Source: Felis catus
Lineage: Eukaryota
Direction of reading: 5' to 3'
Length of the DNA stretch: 64,000 nt
Assembly: GCF_018350175.1 (NCBI RefSeq)
Contig: NC_058368.1
Coordinates: 130,202,001-130,266,000, forward strand
Shown: positions 50,002 through 62,789 of the stretch, piece after piece
Layout of the letters: each line of letters opens with the position of its first letter
Position numbering within the stretch: the stretch's first letter is position 1
The notes under the pieces: model-generated
Seen by the model: only the letters and a program-made list of their open reading frames with translations
What the model was told of the DNA's origin: nothing
Databases searched by the model: none
Position numbers and translations under genes: made by a program

Positions 50002-50847
50002 TTCTTTATTTATTTTTTATAAAATTTATTATTAGGTATATAGAAATACTACTAATTTTGTATGTTTTGTATCGTGCACCTTTATTAAATTCACTGATTA
50101 GATCTGACAGTTTTTGATTGAGTCTGTAAGATTTTCTATACATAAAATCATATTGTCTGCAAATAGAGAAAGTTTTACTAGTTTTTTTCCAATTGTGATA
50201 TATTTTATTTCTTTTTCTTGCCTGATAGTTCTAGCTAGGACTTCCAGTACTATGTTGAATAGGAGGGGTGAGAGTGTGCAACTGTGTATTGTTCCTGATT
50301 TTAGAGGAAAAGCTTTCAACTTTTACCATTGAGTATGATATTACCTGTGAACTTAGCTTGTCAAATATGGCCTTTATTATGTTAAGCTATGTTCATTCTA
50401 TGCCTCGTTTGTTGAGTTTTTATGATGAACGGATGCTGAATTTTGAAAAATAATTTATTTGCATCTATTGGGATGATGCTATTATTCATTTCTTTCTTTT
50501 TATTTATGTGACATATCACAGATTGATTTGTGTATGTTGAATCATCCTGTCTCCCCAAGATAAATCCCACTTTATCATGATGAATAATTCTTTCTATGTG
50601 CTGGTGAATTTGGTTTACTAGTACTTTATTGTGAACTTCTGCATTTATATTCATCAGGGATATTGGCCTGCAGTTTTCTTTTCTAGCAGTGTCCTTTTTT
50701 GGTTTTGGTATCAGAATGTGCTGGACTTGTAAAATAAGTTTGGAAGTGTTTTCTCCTCTTTGATTTTATTTTATAATTTGCTTGAGATGTCCTTTCTCAT
50801 CCCTTCACTCTCAGTGTTTAAAGCTGTTTGTCTTTAAAGGTACAATC

Positions 50848-51074
50848 GGGGCACCCAAGTGGCTCAGTCAGTTAAGCAGCCGACTCTTCTTGGTTTCGGC
50901 TCGGGTCGTGATCTCCCAGATTCATGGGTTCGAGCCCCGCCTCGGGCTCTGCGCTACCAGTGCGGAGCCTGCTTGGGATTCTCTCTCTCTCTCCCTCTCT
51001 CTCTGCCCCTCCCCCACTCTTACTGTCTCTGTCTCTCTGAAAATAAATGAATAAACTTAAAAAAAATTTTAAAA
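50848..51074 (+). mobile_element. Can-SINE nested in L1
   Basis: GGGGCACCCAAGTGGCTCAGTCAGTTAAGC; TSD aaag(g/c)tacaatc. Confidence 0.93.
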
Positions 51075-53841
51075 AAAGCTACAATCAATTAGTCTTTTAT
51101 AAGCAGCACATTGATCTTATTTTTTTAAATCCATTCAGTCATTATACATCTTTTAATTGGAAAATTTAATCCATTTACATTTAAAGTACTTATTGATAGG
51201 TAAAAACTTACTATTGATATTTTATTAATTGTTATCTGGTAGTCATAGTTCTGTAATTTTATAAAAACCTGGGTGGACTCAATTGGATTCTATGCTAGGG
51301 GATCACAAGGCTGAAATCAAGGTGTTCAGTTTTTTCTTAGCTAAAAGCTCTGGGAAAAAATCTGTTCCAGGCTCATTCAAATTGTTGGCAGAATTCAGTT
51401 CCTGGTTTTTGTAGGACTGAAGTCCTTTTCTTGCTGGCTGTCAGCTTGTATAGGCTGCCAACCTTCCTTATCATGTGGCCCCCTCCATCTTTAAGTCAGC
51501 AGTGACACATGGCATCCATCTCATGCTTAGGATATCTCTGATTACCTTTTCTGCCACCAGCCAGTGAAAGCTCTTTGCTTTTGAGAACTCCTATGTTTTG
51601 ATCTGGCTCATCTGGATAATCTCCTATCTTGGAATCAGCTGTGTGAGAAAACTTAACCTAATTGTGTGAGCAATATGTCATTAAATCTACAGGTTCTAGG
51701 GATTAAGACATATAATTTTGGGCAGAGATCATTTTCGAAATTCCACCTACCACACTGATAAAAGTTCTCTTCTATAAATCTTCCTTACCCCAAGTTCCCA
51801 TTGTACTCTCTTCTTTTATCAGAACATATAGAGCTCACTGTTGCACTAATTATTATTCTGGAAGGCAAGCTTTGGAATCATGCAGTGAGTTTGCAGATAT
51901 GATCTTGTGCTGTAAGATTTAGAGCTAATTGATAATCTCTGCAAATTTTAATTTTTCTTAACTGTAAAATTATCTTTCTGGGTTCTTGTGAAATTTAAAG
52001 TAGATATTGTATGTAAGCTGACTAGTACAGTATTTGACACATCATATAGAGGTTCTTCCTAAATGGTAATTTTTCTTTTTCTACATTTATCTGTTTACCC
52101 TTTATTGATTACAAGACCTTAGACAGTGTGGATTATGTTTTTGCATATTTGTATTTCTAGAGCTTTAGCACATTCCCCCTGTTCCTTTGTGGGCTTAGTA
52201 TTTGTTGAATAAGTGAATACATTATCTCCTTGTCTTTATTTCCTTATCTAATAATTGAGAATATAAATATATTTCATCTACTTTCAGAGTTGGTTGTTAC
52301 AAACATATAGGACAATTGAAAGGAATGCACTTTGTTAAATATAAAATAATGCACCAATGGCATGGGGAGGGGTTGACATGTCCAATTGTTGATAAAGGCA
52401 GAGGAGGGAGAAGGCAATTTTGATTTGTTACTGATTCTTATGCATCCCTTAGCTTTAGTTACATTTGCAGGTTGTAAGCCACAAACTTGCTATAACTGAT
52501 TTTGTCAATAAGAATACCTTTTTTTTTTACAGCCCGAGATTATGAAGATCAAACCACATGATACATAAATACATATATTTTCAATGGATCAAAAACTCCT
52601 GAGAGTAGTCCCAATAGTTTATTTTTGCTTTTTTTCCTCTTGCCTTAGGAGACATCTCTAGACAAATATCCCTACAAACAATATCAGATAAATTGCTGCC
52701 TGTGTTCTAGGTTCTTTAATCCATTTTGAATTTATTTTTGTGGATGGTATAAGAAAGTGGTCCAGTTTCATTCTTTTGCATGTAGCTGTCCAGTTTTCCC
52801 AATGCCATTTATTGAAGAGACGGTCTACTCCCCATTGCAGATTTTTGCCTCCTTTGTTGTAGATTAATTAACCCAAAAAGTGTGGGTTTATTTCTGGGCT
52901 CTCTATTCTGCTCATTGACATCTGTGTCTTTTTTTGTGCTCGTACTATACTCTTTTGATTGCTACAGTTCTGTAGTGTATCTTTAAATCTGGAATTGTGA
53001 TACCTCCTTTGTTTTTCTTTCTCAGTATTGCTGTGGCTATTCAGAGTCTTTTGTGGTTCCATACAAATTTGAATATTTGTTTTAGTTCTGTGAAAAATGC
53101 TGTTGGCATTTTGATAGGGATTGTATTAAATCTGTGCATTGCTTTGGGCAGTGTGGACATTTTAACAATGTTGATTCTTTGAATCCATGAGCATGGAGTA
53201 TCTTTTCATTCATTTGTATCATCTTCAATTGCTTTGATCAGAGTAAAAATCTTTTACTTCCTTGTTTAACTTTATTCCTAGGTATTTTATTCCTTTCAGT
53301 GCAATTTTAAATGGGACTGTTTCTTCTTAAAGTCACTTCATTTCAGTATATGGAAACACTACTGATTTCTTTATGGCAATTTAGTATCCTGAAAATTTAC
53401 TGAATTAATTTATTCTAATGCTTTTTTGGTGGTGTCTTTAGGCTTTTTTATGTATAGTATAATGTCATCTGCAAATATGGACAGTTTAACTTATTCATCA
53501 CCAGTATGAATGCCTCTTTATCTTGTTTGCTGTGGTTAGAACTTCAGATACTATGTTGTATAAACGTGGTGAGAGTAGATATTCTTGTCTTGTTCCTGAT
53601 ATTGGAGAAAAAACTATAAGTTTTTCACCATTGAGTATGATGTTAGCTGTGAGTTTTTCATATATTACCTTTATTATATTGAGGTATGTTTCCTCTATAT
53701 CCAAATAAAAAGATTTTTCACAGGAAAGAAAACCATCAACAAAATGAAAAGACAACCTACTGAAAGGGAGAAGATATTTTCAAATGAAACATTTGATAAG
53801 AGGTATTATAATACCCAAATATATAAATGGTTTATATAACT

Positions 53842-53844
<3 letters not shown>

Positions 53845-53884
<40 letters not shown>
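53845..53884. repeat. (CA)n microsatellite within L1
   Basis: directly visible. Confidence 0.95.
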
Positions 53885-53886
<2 letters not shown>

Positions 53887-54264
53887 TCTGATTTAAAAAT
53901 GGGCAGAGGACCTGAATACACATTTTTCCAAAGCAAACATACAGATGGAAAACAGGCACATGAAAATATGCTCAACATCACCAGTCATCAGGGAAATGAA
54001 AATCAAAACCACAACAAGATATCACCTTACTCTTATCAGAATGGCTAAAATAAAGAAGACAAGAAATAAATAAATAAAAAGAAATAAGTATTGGCAAATA
54101 AGTGAAAAAAAAAAAAAGGACAACTTGTGCCCTGCTCTTTGGAATGTAAATTGGTATAGGCACTATGGAAAACAGTGCCTCAAAAAATTAAAAATAGAAA
54201 TACCATATGATCCAATAATTTCACTACTGCATATTTACCAAAAGAAAATGAAAACACTAATTTA

Positions 54265-54473
54265 TAAATTTTATTACCATGTATTTATTTTTGGGAGACA
54301 GAGAGATGAGCAGGGGAGGGCCAGAGAGAGACAAGGAGACCCAGGATCTGAAACAGGCTCCAGGCTCTGAGCTGTCAGCACAGAGCCCAACGTGGGGCTT
54401 AAACTCATGAATCGCGAGGTCATGACCTAGGCTGAAGTCGGATACTTAACCAACTGAGCCACCCAGGTGCCCC
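54265..54473 (-). mobile_element. Felid Can-SINE nested in L1, 16-bp TSD
   Basis: TGAAAACACTAATTTA at 54249-54264 and 54474-54489. Confidence 0.95.
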
Positions 54474-55094
54474 TGAAAACACTAATTTAAAAAGGTGACT
54501 TACTTACAGATTGGAGAGACTTTTGGTTGAAAGTGATTTAAACAAAGATGGTAATATTGGTGGCATAAATAAATATCCTAAATGATTCAGTGGTTTTGAT
54601 TACACTGTCAGATTAATTTATTCAAACAGCCTGTCAGATTCATTGCAATGAATTACTCCCACCTTTAAGATAATTCTCTATTAATTGGTTTTATTATCAA
54701 CAGTAGGATATTACTTACTAAGTGAACTCTTTAATTAAGACTAAATGGTGGAAACAATTTTGTGTGCTAATTCAGCCCAGTACCCTTTGTTCAAAAACCA
54801 TCATTAGATCATTCCTTGCCAAAATATTTTTCCAGTTTTCTGTGGATAAGCTTCACTGTCTGCAAAATTCAGGCACCATTTCTGCTTTTCTTGGGCAGCA
54901 GCACAGACACATACTTACCAAGGTGCTTCAGTGATTTATGAGATTATTCTAAACAGAAATTCTGAAGGGCAGTGTGATGGGCTTGTCAGATTTTGATTCT
55001 CTCATGAAGGGTTTAGATAGTCACCGTGTAGGCTACTGAAGGGACGTGCTGTAGATTCTGTTATGCAAAGCATATAATGTTTAAAAAGTTTGTA

Positions 55095-55252
55095 TTTTTA
55101 TTCATTATTATTAATGGAAATAAATTAACATCTGGTGTTATATTAGCTTTGGGGGTATGACATAATGATTCAACAATTCTGTTCATTACTCAGCACTCAC
55201 CACAATAAGTGCAGTCACTATCTGTTACCAAACAACATTGTTATGATTTTAT
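55095..55252 (-). mobile_element. Short L1 3' terminus
   Basis: GTTATATTAG...ACATAATGATTCAACAATTCT...CTCACCACAATAAGTGCAGTCAC. Confidence 0.75.
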
Positions 55253-55350
55253 CATTGAACACAATAGTGGTGAAAGGTATTTTGGAATGAAAAGCACTCA
55301 GCTATTTACAGATCTTTTTTTTTTTTTTTTTTGCTACTTAAAGTGAACAA

Positions 55351-55549
55351 GGGCATCTGAGTGGCTCAGTCGGTTAAGCATCTGACTCTTGATTTCAGCT
55401 CAGGTCATGATCTCATGGTTCGTGAGTTTGAGACCCACATGGGGTTCTGCACTAACAGCATGGAGCCTGCTTGGGATTCTCTCTCAGCCCGTCCCTTCCT
55501 TGTGCTCTCTCTCTCTCAAAATAAATAAATAAACAACAACAAAAAAAAC
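55351..55549 (+). mobile_element. Can-SINE
   Basis: GGGCATCTGAGTGGCTCAGTCGGTTAAGC; TSD aaagtgaacaa. Confidence 0.94.
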
Positions 55550-56239
55550 AAAGTGAACAAATTTTTTTTGAATTTCACAAGATAAGTATCAGTTTTTCTA
55601 GAGAGCAACTTACAGAGAGCAAACTTGGTTAGCTCCCTTCCATTTACAGGATAAGAAAAGAACTTTTAAAAAGATGACATATAATAATAGCTTTCATGGA
55701 GACAATTTTCCTACTTTTGTTTTATTGAAACATTAGTTTTCTAGTTTAATTGGGATTTCCAGCCATTTTGAGTTAAAGTCTTAAATCCTTGTTGAATGAT
55801 GCATCCCCATTCACTAGTAAGTGATGTGAAATTAACTCATCCCACACTTTGAAGAGAAGTATTTTTTTCTTCATTGTATTATGTTCAGTAGTTGAATCAT
55901 AATTTTTTTTAAAGTACAGTCTTACCAAAATTGTTGTTTTGTTCTCTGTTGAAATTTCACAGAAGGGAAGAGATTTTGTAATGTTAAGCTATGATTGACT
56001 AATTCATATCCTGTCTTCTTTTTCAAGTACCTCAGGTGGATAAGACCAGCTGATTGTGTTTTATTTTCCTTAGCTCAAGGTACACTGTTATCATCAATTC
56101 ATGCAAACGTTGTCTACAGTTTTATTATTTTTTAAAAATAGTTATTTTTATCCTCAGTCTATCCTAAGATGCATTCATTCTTGCTCATAAACTTCCATCA
56201 TATTGCATTTACTTATATGTTTGTGTATGCTTTATTTTG

Positions 56240-56866
56240 TTGTTGTTTTTTTTGTTTTTACTTTTTTTAAAGTTTATTTATTTTGAGAGAGAAAGCACAA
56301 GCAGGAGAGGGGCAGAGAGAGAGGGGGAGACAGAGAAGCGGGTTCCACATTGCCAGTGCACAGAGCCTGATGTGAGGCTTCAAATCACGAACCGAGAAAT
56401 CATGACCTGAGCCGAAATCAAGATTCAGAGTCTTAACTGACTGAGCCATCCAGGCACCCCTAAGCTTTTTTTTTTTATTTTTGAGAGAGAGCAGGGGAGG
56501 GGCAGAGTGAGAGGGGGATAGAGGATCCGAAGCAGCTCTGAACTGACAATTGAGAGCCCAATTCAGGGCTTGAACTCATGAACTGTGAGATCATGACCTG
56601 AGCCAAAGTGAGACACTTAACCAACTGAGCCACCCAGTCACACCCCCCGCCTCTTTTTAAAAACATTTACCTATTTATTTTGAGAGAGCGACAGCACACA
56701 TGTGAGTGGGGGAGGAGAAGAATAGAGGGAGAGAGAGAATCCCAAGCAGGCTCCACATTTTCAGCACAGAGCCGAATGTGGGGCTTGAGCTCACAATCCA
56801 TGAGATCATGACCTGAGCCAAATCAAGAGTTGGATGCTTAACTGACTAAGACACTCAGAGGTCCCC
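56240..56866 (-). mobile_element. Three tandem Can-SINEs (~56262-56460, 56467-56648, 56652-56866)
   Basis: three successive T-tail/GAGA/ATCATGACCTGAGCC units. Confidence 0.93.
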
Positions 56867-58999
56867 AATATTTGTGTGAGCTTTTATAAATTTAGTGTTG
56901 GTTTTGTGTTTGTGCTTTAATGTGCAAAATTATATATTATGTGCAATTATATTATTACATAACTTTAATTATATTTCACTAACCATTAATGTTGACCTTA
57001 ATCCATGCTACATATTGCTTCTGATTACTACATACTTCTCCATTGTGCTACATTTTCCTTTCCCACCCCAAATTAATCAACTGTCTTTCCACTCTTTCCT
57101 TCTGCAAGCAATGCTGCAGTAAATGTTCTCATACGTGGACCAGTGTATATTCTACAGAATTACGGAAATACAGATGTTCTCCATTTCTGCTTAATATTAA
57201 GTTCAGTTTAGTTCATTTTCTCATTTTAATTTTGCTTGGGATAAACTTAGTTTTCTAGTGATTTGTTTGGTTGTGCAGTGTTTGGAAGTTTTGCAGGGTT
57301 TGGAAGTTTTTAGTTTGCAGTCTCAGCTCGAGTTGTATTTTCTGTCTCTGCATTCACACTTTCTCACTTAGCAACTGTCCAGGTATCTTCAGCTTTTGAA
57401 TTTTCTTTCTCACTCTGATTATCAGTATCACTGAGCTGTGGACCTGGGACTAAGGTCCTGATGTGGAAGCTAATTTGTTGGTTTCTGTCTGTCCAGGGTG
57501 CATACCTCCTCAGGCAGTGGTTTCAGCTGGTACTGTTTCGGTTTCCTTTTGGAGGGAGGGCAGCCCCTCTCTGCTTCTAGTTTCAAGCAGTCAGCCTGGC
57601 TTAGATTCTTCTCACATCTTGGGTTCTTTGGCTCTCCATTCTTCATCATACTGGTCCTCACTGGCTGAGTGTCATCCTTGTTACACAGCTTCTCTTTCAG
57701 AAGTACGTACTCATGAATTTTTAAGCCGTTTCTTTTATTTAACTGATGTTTACTTTGGTATTTGACATGCCATTAAATATACACACATATTGTTGGTTCT
57801 TGGAGCTCTGGTTCTTCAGACTTTTTTGTTTGTTGGTTGGTTGGTTGGTTTTTGTTTTTGTTTTTGTTTTTTTCAGAGGCTGAAATTTTTCTTTTTAGAT
57901 ACTCTTGGTTCAAATGACATGGAGTTCAGAACCAATTGAAAGGTCCTAAAAATATGCCTGTTTCATTCATATGCTTTTCTACTGCAAAAACACCCTCTTT
58001 GTTCTTTGCACAAGTGTGCAGAGAATGATAGGCCATCTTTAGGCACTATGATATTAGAGCTTTTCACTGCCTTAGTCTGATAAGATGTAGCTTGAAATTA
58101 TAATGAAATGAGTTTTTGAATTCAAGGATAGTAATGTAGAAGTGTTTCTTAAGCTTTAAGTTAGGTTGTCAAATATGTTCCCCTTAGTAATGTTATTCAC
58201 CACAACATTTTGGATATGAAGACTAATTTTCTGATCAGCAAATTCCCGCAATAGTGCCCTCTCTGATTCTTGAATAAGTGAGCAGATTTCTCCTCTAGTG
58301 AAGAGAAGCCAGCACATTGGAGGCTCTTTTCACATATTTCCATGGGAGTTTTCTTTAATCGATGACAGATATCTACATCCTTTTTTCTTTTTCCAAGGAT
58401 TTAAGGTATCTTCATTTCAATTTTTGGAAACATTTTTTTAAGGGAGGGGAGGCCTCCCTAATAATGACGTTTAAAAATAGTCCTTTAGATCTAGACATGT
58501 TTCACTGCTTTTAAAAAATATAGAAGTTCAGCATTGGTATTCATTCCACTATATGTTCATTATTTTTTAAAAAGCCTCCTGATGACAACTGTTAATTTTT
58601 AATGTATAATTTGATGAGTTTTGGCAGATATTTAGAATCACATAACCACCACCACCCTAATATGATAGAATATTTCCATCATCTCAAAAAGTTCTCTTGT
58701 GCCCTTTTATATTCATTGTACTCCTTCGACCCTTTGAGATCTGGCAACCAATGATCTGCTTTATATCAGTACATTTTTTCCTTTTCTAGAATTTAATATA
58801 AATGGAATATAAAGTTATGGTCTTCTGCTAATGAATTGTCCCTTTGATCATTATGTAATACCTCTCTTTATCCATGGAAATATTGCTTTTCTGACATCCA
58901 CTTTGTCTATTAACATAGCCACTCTGGATTTATTTTTATTAGTTAGAGCACAGTATACCCTTTTATACTTATTAAATTTGAAGTAGTCTGTCTTTATAT

Positions 59000-59248
59000 G
59001 TTTCACTCATATGTGGATCCTGAGAAACTTAACATAGAACCACGGGGGAAGGGAACGGGGGAAAACGTTACAGAGAGGGAGGGAGGCAAACATAAGAGAC
59101 TTAAATACTGAGAACAAACTGAGGGTTGAGGGGGTGTGGGGGAGAGGAGAAAGTGGGTGATGGGCACTGAGGAGGGCACCTGTTGGGATGAGCACTGGGT
59201 GTTGTATGGAAACCAAGCTGACAATAAATTATATTTAATATAAAAAAA
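59000..59248 (+). mobile_element. Felid L1 3' UTR fragment with perfect 21-bp TSD
   Basis: TTTCACTCATATGTGGATCCTGAGAAACTTAACA...GACAATAAATT plus A tail; TGAAGTAGTCTGTCTTTATAT at 58979-58999 and 59249-59269. Confidence 0.95.
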
Positions 59249-59361
59249 TGAAGTAGTCTGTCTTTATATCTGATACTGGTTTCTTATAGACAGTGTATTG
59301 CTGGATCTTGCTTCTTTACCCAGTCTTACAACGTCTGACTTTTTTAGGGTTTTATATATTT

Positions 59362-59543
59362 GGTGTCCAACATTGTATTTACTACACATGGCTAAACTGT
59401 GTACTTGAAGTATAGCTAGCCCAAACTGGGATGTGATCTAAGTGTAAAATACACACTTTTCTCCCCCATTTTTCTAAATGTGTCTACTACAAAATATAAA
59501 TCACAGCCACTGCTCACATTTTATTTCTACTGGACAGCTCTGG
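59362..59543. mobile_element. MER33/MER3-like hAT remnant
   Basis: TGTCCAA...TGGACAGC inverted ends; AAGTGTAAAATACACAC, GCTCACATTTTATTTCTACTGGACAGC. Confidence 0.7.
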
Positions 59544-59913
59544 TTTAGACCATTTAACATTTAATGTGATCATTGGTATGGTTGGGGTTTACATTACTAC
59601 CTTGCTATTTGTTTTCTATTTGTCCCATTGTCTTTGTTCCCCTCCCTTCTTTTATTGCTTTCTCTAGGTTAATTGAGCATTTCTTTAGAATTCAATTATA
59701 TAGCTCTTATTGACTTACTAATTTTCTGTCTCTCCCTTTTTCTCATGGTTGCTCTAGGGTTATAATATATATCGTTATATTCTACACTCACTAATATTAT
59801 ATGAATTTACAGTAATATTACACAAATTATTGTGTATTGTAGGAATCCCAAACAGCACACTGTCATTTCTCCTTTCTATGTTCTTTGGTATTATTGTCAT
59901 ACATATCACTTCT

Positions 59914-60122
59914 TTTTTTTTTTAATGTTTATTTTTGAGACAGAGAGAGACAGTGCATGAACAGGGGAGGGGCAGAGAGAGAGGGAGACACAGAATCTGA
60001 AACAGGCTCCAGGCTCTGAGCGGTCAGCACAGAGCCTGACGGGGGGCTCGAACTCACGGACCGCAAGATCATGACCTGAGCTGAAGTCAGACGCTTAACC
60101 AACCGAGCCACCCAGGCGCCCC
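59914..60122 (-). mobile_element. Felid SINEC_Fc, 16-bp TSD
   Basis: CATACATATCACTTCT at 59898-59913 and 60123-60138; CpG-rich body. Confidence 0.96.
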
Positions 60123-61407
60123 CATACATATCACTTCTATATTCAAAATGTTACTGTTTTTCTTTAAACAACCAATCATATTGGAAACAAAATTTTTAAA
60201 TGAGGAAAAATGTATATTTATCTACACATTTATCATTTATGGTTTCCTTGACTCCTCTGTGTAAATGCAAATTTCTATGTTGTATCATTTTTTCTTCTGT
60301 CTGAAGAACTCAGCATTTCTTAGGCAGTAGCTCTGCTGGAAATCAAAATCCTAGCTTTTGTTTCTTGACCAAATCTCTATGTTTGCTTAACTAATGAAAG
60401 ATATTGTTCCTGGTCACAGAATTAGAGGTTTCAAGTTTTTTCTTCTACGTATTAAAGATGTTTCCCCATGGTCTTCTATCTAGCATATTTTCTGATAAGT
60501 TTCCTGTTACAGCTGTATTTGTTCCTCAATATGTAATGTGTCCTTTTTACTCCAGCTGCTCTTAAGAGTTCTTTTTATTAATCTGGTTATGATGTGCCTT
60601 CATGTAGTTTTCTTTAGGTTTTTTGTGCTCAGATTTCACTGAGATTCTTGGATCTGTGATTTTACAGTTTTTATCACATTTGGAGATCATTTTGGCCTTT
60701 ATTTTACAACTACTTTTTATAAACTACAATTCCATGCATTAGTTTGCTTGATATTGGTATACAAGTCCTTTTCTGTTCATGTTTTTTAAGCCTTTCTTTT
60801 ATCTGTGTTTTATTTTGGATGGTTTCTTTTTTCCCTCAGTTCATTAAACAAATAATTAGACTCATTGCCTTCTGGGAGGAAGATTCATACATAGATCAAT
60901 TATCAACCAACTAATCCATGTCATCAGTGAGGAACAGCTGTTTGGTTAAAATTGGGAATATGAAGACCAGGAAGTCTTTAACATGGGGATTTAATTTTTA
61001 CTCCCTCCACTTCACCACCAATAGATTGTAACCTCATTTAGACTGACCTTTTTCAAGAATAACCTGGGCCTGTTTGCCATGATTGTTGTGAGTAGTCTAA
61101 TTTGTGACACTTTCCTAAGTAGAGAAAGGAATAGTGAGCTGACTATGGAAAATAACTTGTCTGGCATTCAGGAAGTTTCTGGTCTGCTTTAGAGAGATTT
61201 TGGAGCCTTGCCATGAGCCCATTGGAGGGAAATTATAATAAAATAAATATTTTCAACTGACCTTAAAGGAAGAGACAAAGACATTGGTCCTCCTTCATTT
61301 CTTCTATCCTTCAATGCTGTAGTCACCTGATAAGGAATGTGACCAAACACATCAACTCCAGAGGCAAGGTCCTGCTAGTTAATGTCACTCTTCATTTGTG
61401 GAATTTT

Positions 61408-61630
61408 TATTTTATTTTTTTTCTTATTTTATTTTTTTAATCCTCAAGTTAGTTAACATACAGGGTAGTCTTGGCTTCAGAAGCAGAAGCCAGTGATTGA
61501 TTTCTTACATATGACATCCAGGGCTCATCCTGAAAAGTGCCCTCCTTAATGCCTGTCCCCCATTTAATCCACCCCCATCAGCCCTCAGTTTGTTCTCTTT
61601 ATTTAAGAGTCTCTTAAGGTTTGCCTCCTT
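61408..61630 (-). mobile_element. Carnivore L1 3' UTR fragment
   Basis: AAGTTAGTTAACATACAG...AAGTGCCCTCCTTAATGCC...TTTAAGAGTCTCTTA; TSD tcat(t/a)tgtggaatttt. Confidence 0.9.
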
Positions 61631-62789
61631 CTCATATGTGGAATTTTCAGGTGATGAAATGTTTGCACTTCTAAGTGATGAAAAAGGCAGAAACCAATAC
61701 AAACAAGCAAGGAAAATCCTTGGATGTGTGGTAAATTCAGAAGTGTGTCAAGTGATGTGATTTTAGATAATCTACTTTGGAGTAAGGAGGAGCTGCTGTA
61801 ATATCAGAGGTCTAAGGGAATAAAAGGAAGACAAAGTTCTCATGAATGTGAAAAATGACATAATATTTTATGAGAATATGCACATTGTAAATTTAAATTA
61901 TTGTATGAGTAAATTGTGAAATCTCCTCCCTGACTCTGTATTTGTTCATTCACAATGGATCTGTGATCTCATTTACATACCAAATAATCTAGTTCTCAAA
62001 TTCTGGTGTGAGTGAGCAGCCTCTAGTTAACAGCATGAAGTCTGTTCACATTCTCTGTGCAAAGGGTTACTATATCAACATGTCCGAATCCATCAGTTTT
62101 AGAAAAAGGGGAATTATGATTATTCCCTCAGACATACCTCTCAGGAAGCAAAGTAAAATTGAGTTCAAGAGTCAATAAAGTAAAAATTACTGGAGGGAGA
62201 GACAGAGAGGCAGAGAGACAGACAGAGACAGAGAAAGGATATATTGAAATCATCACTAGCTTTACGGAGCCAAGTAGTCTTTGTTGCCACTTTTAAGAAA
62301 AAATAGTTTAAAAATTCTTATTTCAGTTTTGAAGTTCTTTCTTCTGAAGGCAAAGGCATGGCTAATGAGTCTCACAGAAAGATTGGTAACCTAGGAGGAT
62401 ATGCCTTGGGAGTAATTTTTTTTTCTTTCAAATTTGAGATTGAGTCAATAAGGCAAGAGATGCCCTGTAAGGCAGCCAGATGTTCAGTGGCATATTGTAC
62501 TTTCTGTGCAGTTTCTTCTAATTCATTTGATTATAGTTGGTTGGTTTTCTTTTGGGTCACCATCTCTCTCCCATCCTTCCAAATTCTTGAAGCAGAAGGA
62601 ATACTAGGCCAAGTTGAGTCTACTCTTAGTTGGACACTTGGTGAATCCCTTCTTGGCTGTCCACCCTAGGGTGAGGGCACAGACATCTGCCAAGGGCACG
62701 TCTTGAATATCAAGATACAGTGGTTCTTGAGGTACAACTGCCAGGACAGAGGCAAGGATGGGCCTCCATTTGGGTAGTTTCTTTTATTA

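Larger units (their letters stand above)
47484..51240 (-). mobile_element. ~3.8 kb L1 (L1MA9/L1_Carn-like) carrying three nested SINEs
   Basis: ORF2 fragments [25 protein letters not shown]...[24 protein letters not shown]...[10 protein letters not shown] (RT domain) and RIIHHDKVGFI. Confidence 0.95.
47395..51753 (-). mobile_element. MLT1E-like MaLR LTR split in two (47395-47480 and ~51240-51753) by an L1
   Basis: TGGCTTAAAACTACTCATTTATTAGCTAACAG on the left; CACAAGGCTGAAATCAAGGTG...CAGAATTCAGTTCCT...TCCACCTACCACA on the right. Confidence 0.8.
52605..54494 (+). mobile_element. Carnivore L1 with 5' inversion (52605-~53700 antisense, ~53700-54494 sense)
   Basis: minus-strand ORF2 ([34 protein letters not shown]) switches to plus-strand ORF2 (LKKLKIEIPYDPII). 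Confidence 0.93.
58590..60830 (-). mobile_element. Ancient L1M fragments hosting younger insertions
   Basis: CTGGCAACCAATGATCTGCT, TTTCTAGAATTT..TATAAATGGAAT, TTTCTTATAGACAG, CCATTTAACATTTAATGTGAT, TTCTTGGATCTGTG. Confidence 0.75.
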
